Positions 1-11,254 of a DNA stretch of 64,000 nt are shown here, in pieces (within the stretch, counting starts at the first letter, position 1; every line of letters begins with the position of its first letter). The DNA is from the human T2T-CHM13v2.0 reference genome, Homo sapiens. A program made the position numbers and the translations under genes. The notes beneath the pieces are model-generated. The model ran no database searches and had not been told where the DNA came from. It was given only the letters and a program-made list of their open reading frames with translations. The stretch lies in the NCBI RefSeq assembly GCF_009914755.1, contig NC_060926.1, one strand, 5' to 3'.

Positions 1-609
1 AAGTGACCACCTGTTGACAGACACCTAGTCCTAAAAAGTTATAAACCCTGCTGTATCAGATAGACCTTTGGGTGTGACTACTGTTGTGCAACTGCTTTTG
101 AATTATGGTTTATAAAATTCTTATATAAAATAAACCTCTACGAAGAAATGACAATCCAGGAATACTTTAAGAAGTAAAATTGATTTAATTTTTTAAAAGA
201 ATTTTAAAACTGGCTTTGAATGTATGCATTCCACCTGACTCAAAATATGCTTTTGATAGATATAAGTAAAGCAGCCAACAGAAAAACAGAGAGAGAATTT
301 TAAAGTATATCCAAGGCTTTCACAGCATTGCACAAGCTTCATTGACACACACAAAGAAGCAGCTTCAAACTACAGAACAGGAACAATGAAAATCAAAGGC
401 AAAGGAAAATGAACAAACAGGATAAAGCTAGGTGTTATTTCTTCCTCAGGAATATTTTTAGTTTATTATTTGTTGTTAAAGTTTACTGTGTGCCATTATA
501 ATCCTGTACATAAGTTATTTACGATATTTGAATTGCCCTGTTTCTGTAAAGTTTTTCAGGAGGAGATTATTGTCATTATTATATGCATTTAGCAGAATGC
601 TTTCTGTTG

Positions 610-1070
610 CCTACTGAATCAAGCTAAAGTCCTCAAACTCGTTCAAGTCCTGACAAAATAACTCCAACCTCTTTCTCCAGCTTTGTCTCCATAACCCCCT
701 CTGCCTGAAATGCCATTCCCCATCTATACCGTACAAATCATTCTCATTCTTCAAGACCTAGATCTAAAGCCAACTCTCGCCAAGAATATTTCTCAGATTC
801 CTCCAGGAGAAAAGGACAATCTCCTCACTCTTTTTAATTCCCATGCATTTTATCTATACACTCCCACAACTGATTTATTTAAAACACCACAACTGGTCTT
901 ACATAATAGTTATTTATGCACATCTTGTTTCTACTACTGCGCATTAAGCTCCTTGAGGGAAGATACCATGTCTTCCCTGTCTTTGGAAACTTTGAATTAT
1001 CTAGGAAAGAACAGGTCACATAGAAGGAGCTCAAAAATAAAAACCAACCAACCCCAATGAATAAATGAAA
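610..1070 (+). mobile_element. LINE-2 3' fragment
   Basis: taagctccttgaggga...catgtctt and terminal cacatagaaggagctcaaaaataaa...aatgaataaatgaa resemble the L2 3' end; boundaries approximate. Confidence 0.65.
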
Positions 1071-1367
1071 GCTTTACCGCTATAAATATTCTTGATGCAG
1101 AGAAAGGTGGAGCAGGTATAGAGTGGGATCTTTGGAGTGGACATGGCATGGGGCCAGAGAAAATGACTTTGCTGGTAGGGGAGGTAAGAGAAATATATAG
1201 ACCTGACACTGTAACCAAAAATATTTGCTGCTGTGCAAGTTGATCAGCCAATGTTAGAACAGAGATGAGCTAATTGACTATCCTAGGTCAACAGTTTCTG
1301 TCAACAGATTCCTATTTGCAGTCCCTGTTTCTTATAAATGTTTAGTTACAAATCCTGTTAAAATGCT

Positions 1368-2400
1368 CATAAAGCTTCAGGACTAAAAAGGACCTTAAAG
1401 TTCATCTAGCCTAAGGGCCCATTCTATGCTTGAGAAGACTGGGTGACATTCCTGTTAAGTGGTCATCAGTTCTCTGCTGGTGTGTATCCTATAGTAGGCA
1501 GTCCTAAAAATAACCAGTAGATTCATACACCCTAATCCCTGGAACCTGTGAATATGGGGAGATATCACTCCCATGATTGTGTTGTTTTATACGACACAGT
1601 TCATCCTAAAAAGGGATAGTTGTCTGGATGGATCTAACCTAATCCCCTGAGCCCTTTAAAGCAGAGAACTTTCTCTAGCTGGTGGCAGAAGGAAGGGTCA
1701 GAGAGATTCAAAGCACAAGAAGAATTCAACATTCCATTTCTGGCTTCGAAGATGGAGGGGACAGACCAAGGAATTCGGCTGGGTTGGCCCCTAGTAGCTA
1801 AGAATGACCCCTGGCTCACAGCCAGCAAGGAACCAGGATGTCGGTCCTCCAACCTCACAGAACAGAACCTGCCAACAACCTGAATGAACCTAGAAGCAGA
1901 TTTTTCCCCAGAGCCTCTAGATAAGAGCTTAGGCCAGCCATCATTTTGATTTCAGCCTTGTGAGACCCTAAACAGGGTAACTTGCTGAGCCTAACTGGAC
2001 TTCTGACCCACACAACTGTAAGATAATAAAGGGTATTGTTTTAAGCTGCCAAGTTTAAATTGTGGGTGTTTGGCAGCAATCAAAAGCCTATATGCCTCCA
2101 TTAATATGAAGTCACTGCCTCTTCCATCTTTGGAGAGCTTTGGTTAGTAGAAAGCTTTTGTTTCAATTCAACGAATTATTCCTTCCTGCAACACCCATTG
2201 ATACTACTTCTATCACTTGGTTCACTCAGAGCAAATGTAATTCTTATTCACATGACAGCTCATCAAGAATTAAAATCAGTTTTCTGCAGCTTTCTTTCTA
2301 CTGCATGGCTTTGAGAGCTTCTGCCACCCTGTTCACCAACATATGAGCATGGTCTCATTTTTTCAGATGACTAACATAATGAGTCACTCACAAAAAACAC
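1368..2400 (-). mobile_element. L3/CR1 LINE relic split by the MLT1E LTR
   Basis: ggaccttaaagttcatctag...tggtcatcagttctctgct before the LTR and ttccatctttggagagct...tagaaag...cacatgacagc after it follow the reverse complement of the L3 3' end. Confidence 0.6.
1490..2094 (+). mobile_element. MaLR solo LTR, MLT1E/MLT1D family
   Basis: cctaatccctggaacctgtgaatat, cagccagcaaggaa, ctgccaacaacctgaatga, ttgatttcagccttgtgagaccct, AATAAA then ttttaagctgccaagttt. Confidence 0.85.
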
Positions 2401-2689
2401 TGTCAATGCACTCCTTGCATTTCTGAATATCATGGGCCAGCTCTACCAGCTTCCTGCAGCTTGAAGCCTAAGTCCCACATACGTTGATAATTTGTACTAC
2501 AAGATGGATTACCTTCCAGTGTCCAGAGAGAAACTGTCTTGATATCTCCAGAGATGGAGATGGCTACTCAGCCATTGTTTCATCATGACTGGTAGAAAAA
2601 AAAAAATGACCCAAAAGAAGGCTAATTTTTCAATTCAAGACAGCAACTTGACATCCACCTCAACATATGTGTGGTTTATGAAGTTTATG

Positions 2690-4190
2690 AAGGAACATGC
2701 CCTCTGACAATGATGGAATAACTGGTACTGAACTAGCTCTCCCACTGTAAACAGCTATAAAACTGGGGAAAAATATATGAAACAACTCTTTTCAGACATT
2801 GAACAATAAACAGCACTACACTATGATCCTTGAAAGAATACGGAGTGGAGCAGTCAGGGCCCTAGGAATAATGGGGGCAGATGTAGAGCTAAGAAGCAAT
2901 GAAGTAATAACTGGAACACGGCATGAGCCTCTCAGTTGCCCTCACTTTCTACCTGGAGGCACTTTCCAGCCTTTAGTGCAGGAAGATGGAACCTAAGTAA
3001 AGAATAGTAGTCTGGTTGAGCCGAGGAGACTGAGATAAGTGTTTATTGCTGACAAGTTAGCCAGCATTTGCAGGCCATGGTACCATAGTGGAGGGAGCAG
3101 CACAGGGAAAGAGCTCCACAAATCTGCATAAGGGATTTCTGTACGTCTTCGTCTATTAAGTTGTGCATGTGCACAAGGTCTACCAGAGAATATTTCTGAG
3201 AGACATAGGAGCACCTGCTGACCAAAGTAGATGGAGCTCATTGAACATTCCAGGCATTCAATTGAGATCCCAGAATGTTTATACCCTGGGAGTAGTACCA
3301 CTCTATCTTTCCAAGTTAAGTGTATTCTAGGCCCACCTGTAATGAGTTGAAAAGTGGTCGTTCCAAAAATACATCTAAGTTCAAAACTTCAACACCTGTG
3401 AATGTGACTTTATTTGAAAAAAGTTTTTTCTACAATGTAATCAAGTTTGGGACCTCATGATCCTGGAATAGCTGGGTGGGCCCTAATTCCAATAACAAGC
3501 ACCCTTGCAAGAGACAGGAAAAGAGGACAGACACAGAGGAGAAAACCATGTGAAGATGAAGGCAGTGATTGAAGTTATGCATCCACAAGCCAAGGGGTGT
3601 CTACAGCCACCAGAAACTGGAAGAGGCAAGGAAGGATTCTCCCCTAGAGTCTTCCAACGGAGTGCAGCCCTGCCAACAGCATGATTTGGCCTCCAGAATA
3701 GTAAGAAAATAAATTTCTGTTGATTCAAGTCATAAAGTTTGTGGTAATTTATTAAGACAGTCCTAGGAAATGAATACACCACCCTAACAAAACTGGAAAA
3801 TCAAACACCAAGAGGGTCCAGCTGACCTTCTAGTAAATATGCTACCCGCCAAAATGAAGCTCAATCTTTAACAGAAGACAGTAAAATCCAGACTCTCAAC
3901 CTTGTAGCATTAGCCATAGCCAGTATAAAATTAAAAGTAAAAAAATGCTTAGATATGCAAAGGAGCAAGAAAATGTGAACTGTAGCCAAAAAGAGAGAGA
4001 GATCTAGAGATGAAACATATGTTGGACTTTACAGACAAGACTATGTTTAAGAATTTAAAGAAAAAGAAACATACAGTGGATGAACAAAGAATCTTAGCAC
4101 AAAAAAAGTAATAATAGAATGAAATGGAAATTCTATAACTGAAAATTACATAACCTGAAATGAAGTCTGCAAATATCTGAAATATACAGA
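2690..4190 (+). mobile_element. old L1M (L1MC/L1MD-type) 5'UTR/ORF1 remnant, interrupted by MLT1B
   Basis: aaaactggggaaaaatatatgaaacaac..ttcagacattgaacaa motif; sequence rejoins as ctaggcccacc|ctaacaaa across the LTR. Confidence 0.6.
3338..3778 (+). mobile_element. MaLR solo LTR MLT1B/MLT1C with 5-bp TSD CCACC
   Basis: TG...CA termini; CCACC at 3333-3337 and 3779-3783; ccaccagaaactggaagaggcaaggaaggattctcccctagag core. Confidence 0.9.
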
Positions 4191-4849
4191 CATTTTTCAT
4201 TTAAGAATCAAGGCACATTAGAAATATCGTAAGGTTTGGTATTCAAATTTTAGCTTCACAATTCACTAGTCATGGAATTTGGGGCAAGTTACAGTGGTAG
4301 ATTAATTTTCTTCTGAACTGTACAGCATCACACTTCCCAAGCTATTTCTTCTGGCTTTACTTTTTGTCCCTGCCATAACCAAGGGTTCAAATGAAAGTAG
4401 CCATCTTAGAAATCTCACATTCCATTCCAGAGTAGTTGGTCCAAGGTATGGTGGCACCTGACCTAAGCTTGGACAATTAGAGTCTTTCCCTCATCATTTT
4501 TAAATAGAACTAAAAGAGAACAGGGTCAAGTTTCTCTTAGTCAGAGATTCCTCTGTGCCTAATTAAATGATGCTCTCCTCTCAGGATACCTGATTGGCCT
4601 TATTGGCCTTACTCCAATTCTTCAATAGGGATTGTTTTTTTTTAAGTTGGCCTTCTCTCTGTTAAAAAAAGAAAACCATCAAGTTGCATAGTTTGAAGAG
4701 AACTTGGTGCAAATGTTTTTATGTTACCTCTTCTTGCCGCTGAGGACAGTGAAGTACTCAAAAAACAAGTGGTTCTCTTCAACTGTCTCCTATTTTTCTA
4801 CCAGACACATTATACTCCCACTCATTATTCCCCCAAATGTCCATATCCT

Positions 4850-5205
4850 GTCTTGACTTATGTTAATCTCTCCACCTAGAACTCCTTTCCTTCTTTTCTC
4901 TTCTTATAAAAATTCCACGTATTCCTTTAATGCTTAGTCTAGTGATCATCTCCTCTGTGCAACTTTCCCTGGTTCTTCCAAGACAGCGTAATTCTCTTCC
5001 TCATATCTCTACTATGGAATTTTTTAAACCTCCTTCAGAGTATGTAGTATCATATTACTTGCATTAAAGCTCATTCTGTTGATGTGTATCTTTCCCCAAA
5101 GTGTAAGCTTTGTAGGAACAAGAATTGCATCTTTACTCCTCTTTGAAGCCCTCACTGATCCTGCCTAGTGAAGCTTAGAACATATAATGATTAATCAATA
5201 TTGCA
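4850..5205 (+). mobile_element. LINE-2 3' fragment
   Basis: catctcctctgtgcaactttccctg...tgtaagctttgtaggaacaag pattern. Confidence 0.55.
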
Positions 5206-5414
5206 TTAGTAGAGACTAACTAATCTCAAAAATTTAATTTATGAACATATTAGAACTATAAAAATGTATTAGAAGAACTGGAATTTCTTTCTGGGTAAAG
5301 GTAAAAATCAATAGAATTCTGGCTTTGAATGCAGCTAGCACATAATAGGTAGACAACTAACACTTGTTAAATTGAATGACATAATCAGGTCCACAGCTGC
5401 TAATCAGAAAAATC

Positions 5415-5495
5415 CTTACAGATAAGGAAACTGAGGTCAAGAGAGGTTGGGCAAATTTCCTGAAGTCACAGAGCAAGTAGTGGCAGAACTATCTT
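5415..5495 (-). mobile_element. MIR SINE fragment
   Basis: ttacagataaggaaactgaggtcaagagaggtt...gtcacagagcaagtagtggcaga core. Confidence 0.8.
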
Positions 5496-6174
5496 TCTAT
5501 TAGATAAACTTCCTCCCATTCACACCTTTTCCATTGCATTACCGTAAAACCCAGCCTTTGCAACATTACATTTCAATGATTCTCTCTCCATCTCCCTTCT
5601 CCCTTTTTCCCCCATTTCAACCCCGATAAATACCTTGTATCTTTATGGAAAGGCTCCTCTTTAATCTCACTTTTCACAAGACTCTCAAGGTGCTGAGGGG
5701 GTACTCAAATTGCAAAACTTGAATAGAAGTTTCACTGGAGGTGCATGGAGAGCTATTTTCTGCTGAATTCCATTAGTCATAGCCCAGGTTGGGGGAGAAA
5801 GTTTTCATTTTTGTGAGTCACTGTTTATCTGTCTATAAATTTAGTAATGAAATGCCTATGCCACAGGGATGTGAAGAAATTTCATTTTTGCTTATAAAAT
5901 CCTCAGGGCGTGTTTGGATACAAAATGCAATAACACTATAAAATATTGCCCTGATATTGCTATCTCCAAGCCTGGAACTCATTTCTGCATTATGAGAAGC
6001 AAAGAAGATTTATAGGAAAGATAAGGAGATAGCTTTTCTCAAGTATTTAAATGAGGTTTTTCTTTAAATAGTCATTGTCTGCTAGTGTCCTCTTAGGAGC
6101 TGACAAAGAATATTTGTCAGTGGCTCTAGAAATGTTCTATTTATCAGTGGTCAGGGTAATACTTTAGTAATGGT

Positions 6175-6395
6175 AAAAACAACTACGATTTATTAAACCC
6201 TACTACAAGACCACTTTCAACCATCGTTACCTTAAATCCTCACAAAATCTTTGCAGAATACTTGTTAATAGTACTTTACAGATAAGGAAATGGAGGTTCA
6301 GAGAAGTTGAGCAAATTTCCTCAAGTCACAGAGGGGCAGAGCTGGGATTCACGACCAGATATTTATGACTCCAGAGCTTTTGCTTTTTCTACTAC
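6175..6395 (-). mobile_element. MIR SINE
   Basis: ttacagataaggaaatggaggttcagagaagtt...ggcagagctgggattca...tgactccagagc. Confidence 0.85.
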
Positions 6396-8257
6396 TAGTC
6401 TACATAAGACCAAGTAACATAGATCTATAATCTACTATTCAAAGTCAGACTCTTCATTTTTATCTTCATTGTTATGGAAACATCTGGCAACTCCTCATTA
6501 TCTTTAGAAAAAAAAAAGTTTTACAATAAATACAGATAGGGAAGGCACACTCCCAGGACACGGAATAGATACTGTTGGAAGCCTCTCCTGGTTAGTGCGT
6601 TAGGAAAAAGTGTAGGCCTGTAATTGTAACCCAAAGAGACAAATTTAGGAGCAAAATGTGGGCACCCTTGACTGTATAAAACCCTGAAGGTAATGGAATC
6701 ACCCTCCTTCCTGTGCCTCTTAAAATCCTGCTAAATGTGAATAAAGGTGTGAAAAACTAAAACTTCACAAGGTCAAACTGAATAGAAGACATCAATATGT
6801 GAAATCTTACAAAAAATGTAAAGACACAAAGCAGATAGAGGAGTGGCAATTGGCTTAGCAGTGAAGGAAGCCAGTAATGCTGCAGAAGAGAATGCTAATG
6901 GGAAAGAAGCCTTTGGAGAAATAACTGGAGTCAGCCAGGCAAAAGCACATGGATGTACACGAGAGACCCAAAGATGCCTGGTCAGGCCCCCAGCTGCCTC
7001 TTCTCAACCCTGAGCAGCCAGGCAAAGACCACCTCACTCCATGCAACTCCCACGAGAAATCTTGAAGTTGGTCCTTGGAAGGAACTAAATCATTAAGCCT
7101 TTGGAAAAAACAAGCAGAGCTCAGGCAAGGCTGAAGCACAGGGGCTGAAAATAGAAATAATAAGAGACAGCCATTACCCCAGACATCTTGCCTTGCTCCA
7201 AAAAAACCAGCAGCCTGACAGACAAGCAAGGGGATTATGATTGCAAGGAAACCAAATAACCTCAGGTAAAAGACTTCTAATTTCTGCTGTGGGAGACTTC
7301 CCAACAAAACGGGCAACTTGCTGCCAGACCACCCTATAGGGAGGCTTATCAGAAGAAACACTATGCCCACCCAGAGGTCCTGATTGGGCCTTTAATCATT
7401 GAATTCTTACTGGTTAACACTAAATGTGAATAGGCAGGAAAAAAAATCACTAGATATGAAAAATGGACTCTCACGTGAAATGGAGAGACCAAATCAAGAC
7501 AGCAGAACTCTGGAAGATATAAAAGAAACAATCAATTTAAAAATAGCTGTTTAAAAATATAATTAATATCTTCAGAAAGATAAGAGAACATAATGTGTAC
7601 TATGAACAAGAACAAGACGCTATGGGCAGGTAAAATCCAGAAAATAAGAAAGAATGTTTGTTGAAACTTAATAACTACATATTTTGATGCAGTAGAACTG
7701 TTGAAAGGTAAAGTTGGGGGATCATTTAGAAAGTAGATCTAAAAGACAAAGAGGAGAGAAAGATAAAATCAGTTAATTAATTCAAGACATACAACATCTA
7801 ATAACTCCTGTAAAAAAGAAAAAAATGAGAGGAAAAAAAAACAGAAGAAAAATTTATCAAATAAATAATGCTGGAAATGTTCCCATAAATGAAGCATATG
7901 AGTTTCAAGACTGTAAGGGCCCACCAAGTGACCCAGCACAATAAATGAAAACACCATGTTAAATTATAGCAAACTGATATCCCAAAGCCCAGGGATTAGT
8001 GTATGATCTTCCAGTCTGCAGAGAGAAAAAAACAATTCACATTCAAAGAACAAGAATCAAATTGGCATCACACAGTGAAGCAAGCCTTCAAAAGTAAAAG
8101 AAAATGATTTTAACAGAAAATTCTCTATCCAGTCAACCTATTCATCAAATGGAAGGCCAGACTAAGTCTATTTTTTGAGGTACAATGATGAAAATATATT
8201 CCTCCCAACCACTTTTGTCAAGAAACTATTGGGAGTTGTGCTCTTGCAAATAAGCAT

Positions 8258-8640
8258 GACACAGACAACTAGCTATTCGTCAGAAATTATAATCTTCCTT
8301 CCGTCCACAAAGCTTTCCTTGGGTACCTGCTACCCAGCCAGGGACTACTCTTCCTAGCCCTCTTTGTATCTGGGCTTGGCCATACAACTGGGTGTAGCAA
8401 TATTCCACAATAGGATGGGGCAGACGTGACTTGTGTTATTTCTGGGCCAAAGTGATTAAGAAGCAGAGGTGTCTGCTATATTCACTCTTTCTTCATCCTC
8501 CGGCTAAAAGCAGAGAACTCCAATGCTCTAGGGAAAAAGCCATAAAATAGAAGGAGAGACAAGAGAAATGTAAGTGGGAATAAAATATTGTGTTATGTCA
8601 CCAGAATGCTGGAGTTTATGACAGCAGTGTTACCCTAACA
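8258..8640 (+). mobile_element. old MaLR LTR (MLT1I/J type)
   Basis: cctagccctctttgtatctgggcttggccat...gtgacttgtgttatttctgggccaaag; AATAAA near 8580; ends ttaccctaaca. Confidence 0.6.
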
Positions 8641-9185
8641 TGGTAGCTAGTCTCAAAGGTGGCTGCCAACTAGTTCTTCCCTCCCTCTGTCCACATACTG
8701 CTCCTCACATCAAAAGATGTCTAATTTCCTCCCCTGGAATCCATGCTTGCCGTAGTGATTTTCTTGAACAAATATGGCAAAAGTGGTGTTCTAGGTCTTC
8801 CAAAGTCAGATAATAAGAAGCCTTGCAGATTTCCTCAGGGCATTTTAAAAAGCTCACTCTTCAGATGCTCCACCACAAAACCAAGCTGCTGTCCTGTGAA
8901 AAGTCCAAGCCACATGGAGAGGCCATGCATAGCTGCTCTGGTTGACTGATCAAGCTGAGCTCCCAGCCAACAACCAGCACCATCCCCCGGCTGTGTGAGG
9001 GAGCCGCCATCACTGTGCAGAACACTCAAGCCCCAAGATGACTGCAGACGTGCCAGCACCCCAAGTCACTAGCACACGGCACAGAAGAACAACACAGTTA
9101 ACCCACGGAATGGTGGAAATCAGAAACTGCTTCATGCCATCAAGTTTTAGGGTGATTTGTTATGCAGCAATAAGTAACTAGAACA
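8641..9185 (+). mobile_element. MaLR LTR (MLT1G/H type)
   Basis: agccacatggagaggccatg, cccagccaac, aagttttagggtgatttgttatgcagcaataagtaactagaaca terminus. Confidence 0.75.
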
Positions 9186-9799
9186 CTTACATAATATGGC
9201 AAGGGAGTAAATTAAGAAAAGGAAGACACGGAGTCCAGGAAAAAAGAACAAATTTTATGGAGAATCCCAGGTTAAGAGCGGTGCAGCAGACCCAGAAAAT
9301 GACTAGTCACTTCTGGAATGGAAGAGAGGGTATCTAGAGAGAAAAAGCTTTAGGAAAAACATGAATTTCATGAGTTATCCAATATATGTGAACATTTAGA
9401 AAAAAATATCAAGAGGTATGTGACATTGGATGGAATGCCTGAGAAAAATAAGGATAGAGACAATCATGAAAATGAAAAACAAGGCAAGTATTTGCCCCAG
9501 GAAAATAAAAATTAATTTAAAAATGCAATAATTATAAATAACTTGATTCATAAATAATCAAAAATAACACGGTTACAAAAAGGTAAATGCTGATGAATTA
9601 GAAAGTGTGAGACAATAAGATTAAGAGGTTGGGGCAGGAAATAAGAAGGGAAAGGATGTACCAGAGCTAAATAGAAACAGAGGTAAACATCAGAAAAAAT
9701 ATCAAAAAGAGTACATAATTATCTGTGGAAAGAGGAACCAGGTACGGGAGGAGTAGGTCACGGTGCTACCACTTCCATTGTAAGCAGAACAGGGACATA

Positions 9800-10015
9800 G
9801 AATCTTTAGGCTACACCACTTGCTTAACTGTCAGCTCCACCACTTATTAGGTCTTTGAACTCAGGCAACTAAATTAACCTCTTCATGTCCCAGTGTCCCA
9901 TCTGTAAGACAGAGACAATACTACTAAGTTGCTGTGATTATTAAATGAGTTCGGATGTATAAAACATTTAGAACTGTGCCTGACACATGTGAGTGCATGC
10001 CATGTGTTTTCTATT
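9800..10015 (+). mobile_element. MIR SINE
   Basis: cagctccaccacttattagg...catctgtaagacagagacaat...ttagaactgtgcctgacaca. Confidence 0.8.
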
Positions 10016-10339
10016 AGTACATCCAGCCTTTTAGCCTCATTGGATTTTAATCCAGGTGCAAGAACTACTTTGAGAAAAACGAAAGTTAACTTAAAAAATT
10101 AAAAATTCTAAAATGAATCCAGAAATTAGAGACTTGCTTGCAAGCCTTTCTCATATTCTCGACTGAGTGTATAGGTCCATAGAAAAAGTTTGATGCAATT
10201 TCTTTATTTCTAAAGTGAGCATGATACCTTGTCTCACAGGGCGGCAAGGAGAATCAAATCCGTTAATACGTTTGCAATAACTAAAACAACTCCAGGCATG
10301 TAATAAGGGCCCAAATATAAGTCCCCAACCCACTACCCA

Positions 10340-10695
10340 AATTTCAGAACATTTTATCAACAAAAAATACAATCAATGAAGAAAAGTTAAAGCAATAGGA
10401 TTACTTGGCAAGGGTAAGAAAAGTTTGAGGGACAGAATTAATAACTGCCAAATTATCTACATAGAGAAGGTGTTTGCTGTCCATCTTCAGGGAAAGGGAT
10501 AGAAGAAAGTACTCCAGGTTTGAGATAAAGGAAGACTTTGGTCTTGTGAAGGAACATTAAACATACAAATGGATTATGAAAGGAGGCATTAAAAACCCCT
10601 TCGTGGGAGTTTTAAAAGCAGAACTTGATTCTGTGGTTTAGGATGAGTTTCCAGTGCTCCTGGCAACACAGGAGTCATGGACAACAAGACTTCTG
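10340..10695 (+). mobile_element. CR1/L3-type LINE 3' relic
   Basis: gaagaaaagttaaagcaataggattacttggc..aagaaaagtttgaggg; ataaaggaagacttt; ggagttttaaaagcaga resemble the CR1 ORF2 C-terminus/3'UTR. Confidence 0.45.
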
Positions 10696-10894
10696 CTGTC
10701 AGAATCCGCGATTCATTGAACATAAATATTTGCCCACGTATGTGGGGCTTCCGAGGGGGCGTGCCAACCCTGGTTCTTTAATGAGGCAGAATCCCATTAA
10801 AAAATGCAATTTCAGAACATTTTATCAACAAAACAATATATAACCAATGAAGAAAACTTAAAAGCATTAGGATTATTTGACAAGGGTAAGAAAA
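10340..10894 (+). repeat. ~85-bp imperfect direct repeat (10340-10422 and 10808-10894)
   Basis: both copies start aatttcagaacattttatcaacaaaa (26 nt identical) and end caagggtaagaaaa. Confidence 0.95.
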
Positions 10895-11177
10895 TGGCTG
10901 ACACCATAGTCAGCCATTCAGCGCCCTCTGCCCAAGCCCCACGATGTACCTGGTTTTCCTTCACTCCTCATCTTTTCTCTAGTTTCATCCTTTAACTCCA
11001 CGCCCTGACTTTAGTCTCTGCCCCCTACCCTTCCTAGATTCAGCTCTGTTCACTACCTCCTTATGGGCACTGAGACCTTGGCAATTCTCTATGACTCCCA
11101 TGCCTTCAAGGTGAGACTTTTGCACTTCGGCTAGTAGACTAGATCATTAGAAGGTGAAACAAGGGCAATTTCCAAGT

Positions 11178-11254
11178 CAGTGTAAAACAAATGAATACAT
11201 TAAAGGTTGTGTGTTTTCAGCGTAAAACAAATGAATACATTAAAGGGCGTGTGT
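11178..11254 (+). repeat. 40-bp tandem duplication
   Basis: cagYgtaaaacaaatgaatacattaaagg..gtgtgt at 11178 and 11218. Confidence 0.95.

Larger units (their letters stand above)
6700..9790 (+). mobile_element. HAL1 (half-L1, ORF1-only element) remnant interrupted by two MLT1 LTRs
   Basis: taattaatatcttcagaaagataagagaa...atgaacaagaacaagacgctat; aagggcccaccaagtgacccagcacaataaatgaaaa; resumes after 9186 with gaatcccagg...gtgcagcagacccagaaaatgactagtc. Confidence 0.6.

Noticed and set aside
6855-7370. 171-aa minus-strand ORF
   Set aside because: Non-ATG start, antisense to a HAL1/old L1 region, no recognisable homology or splice context
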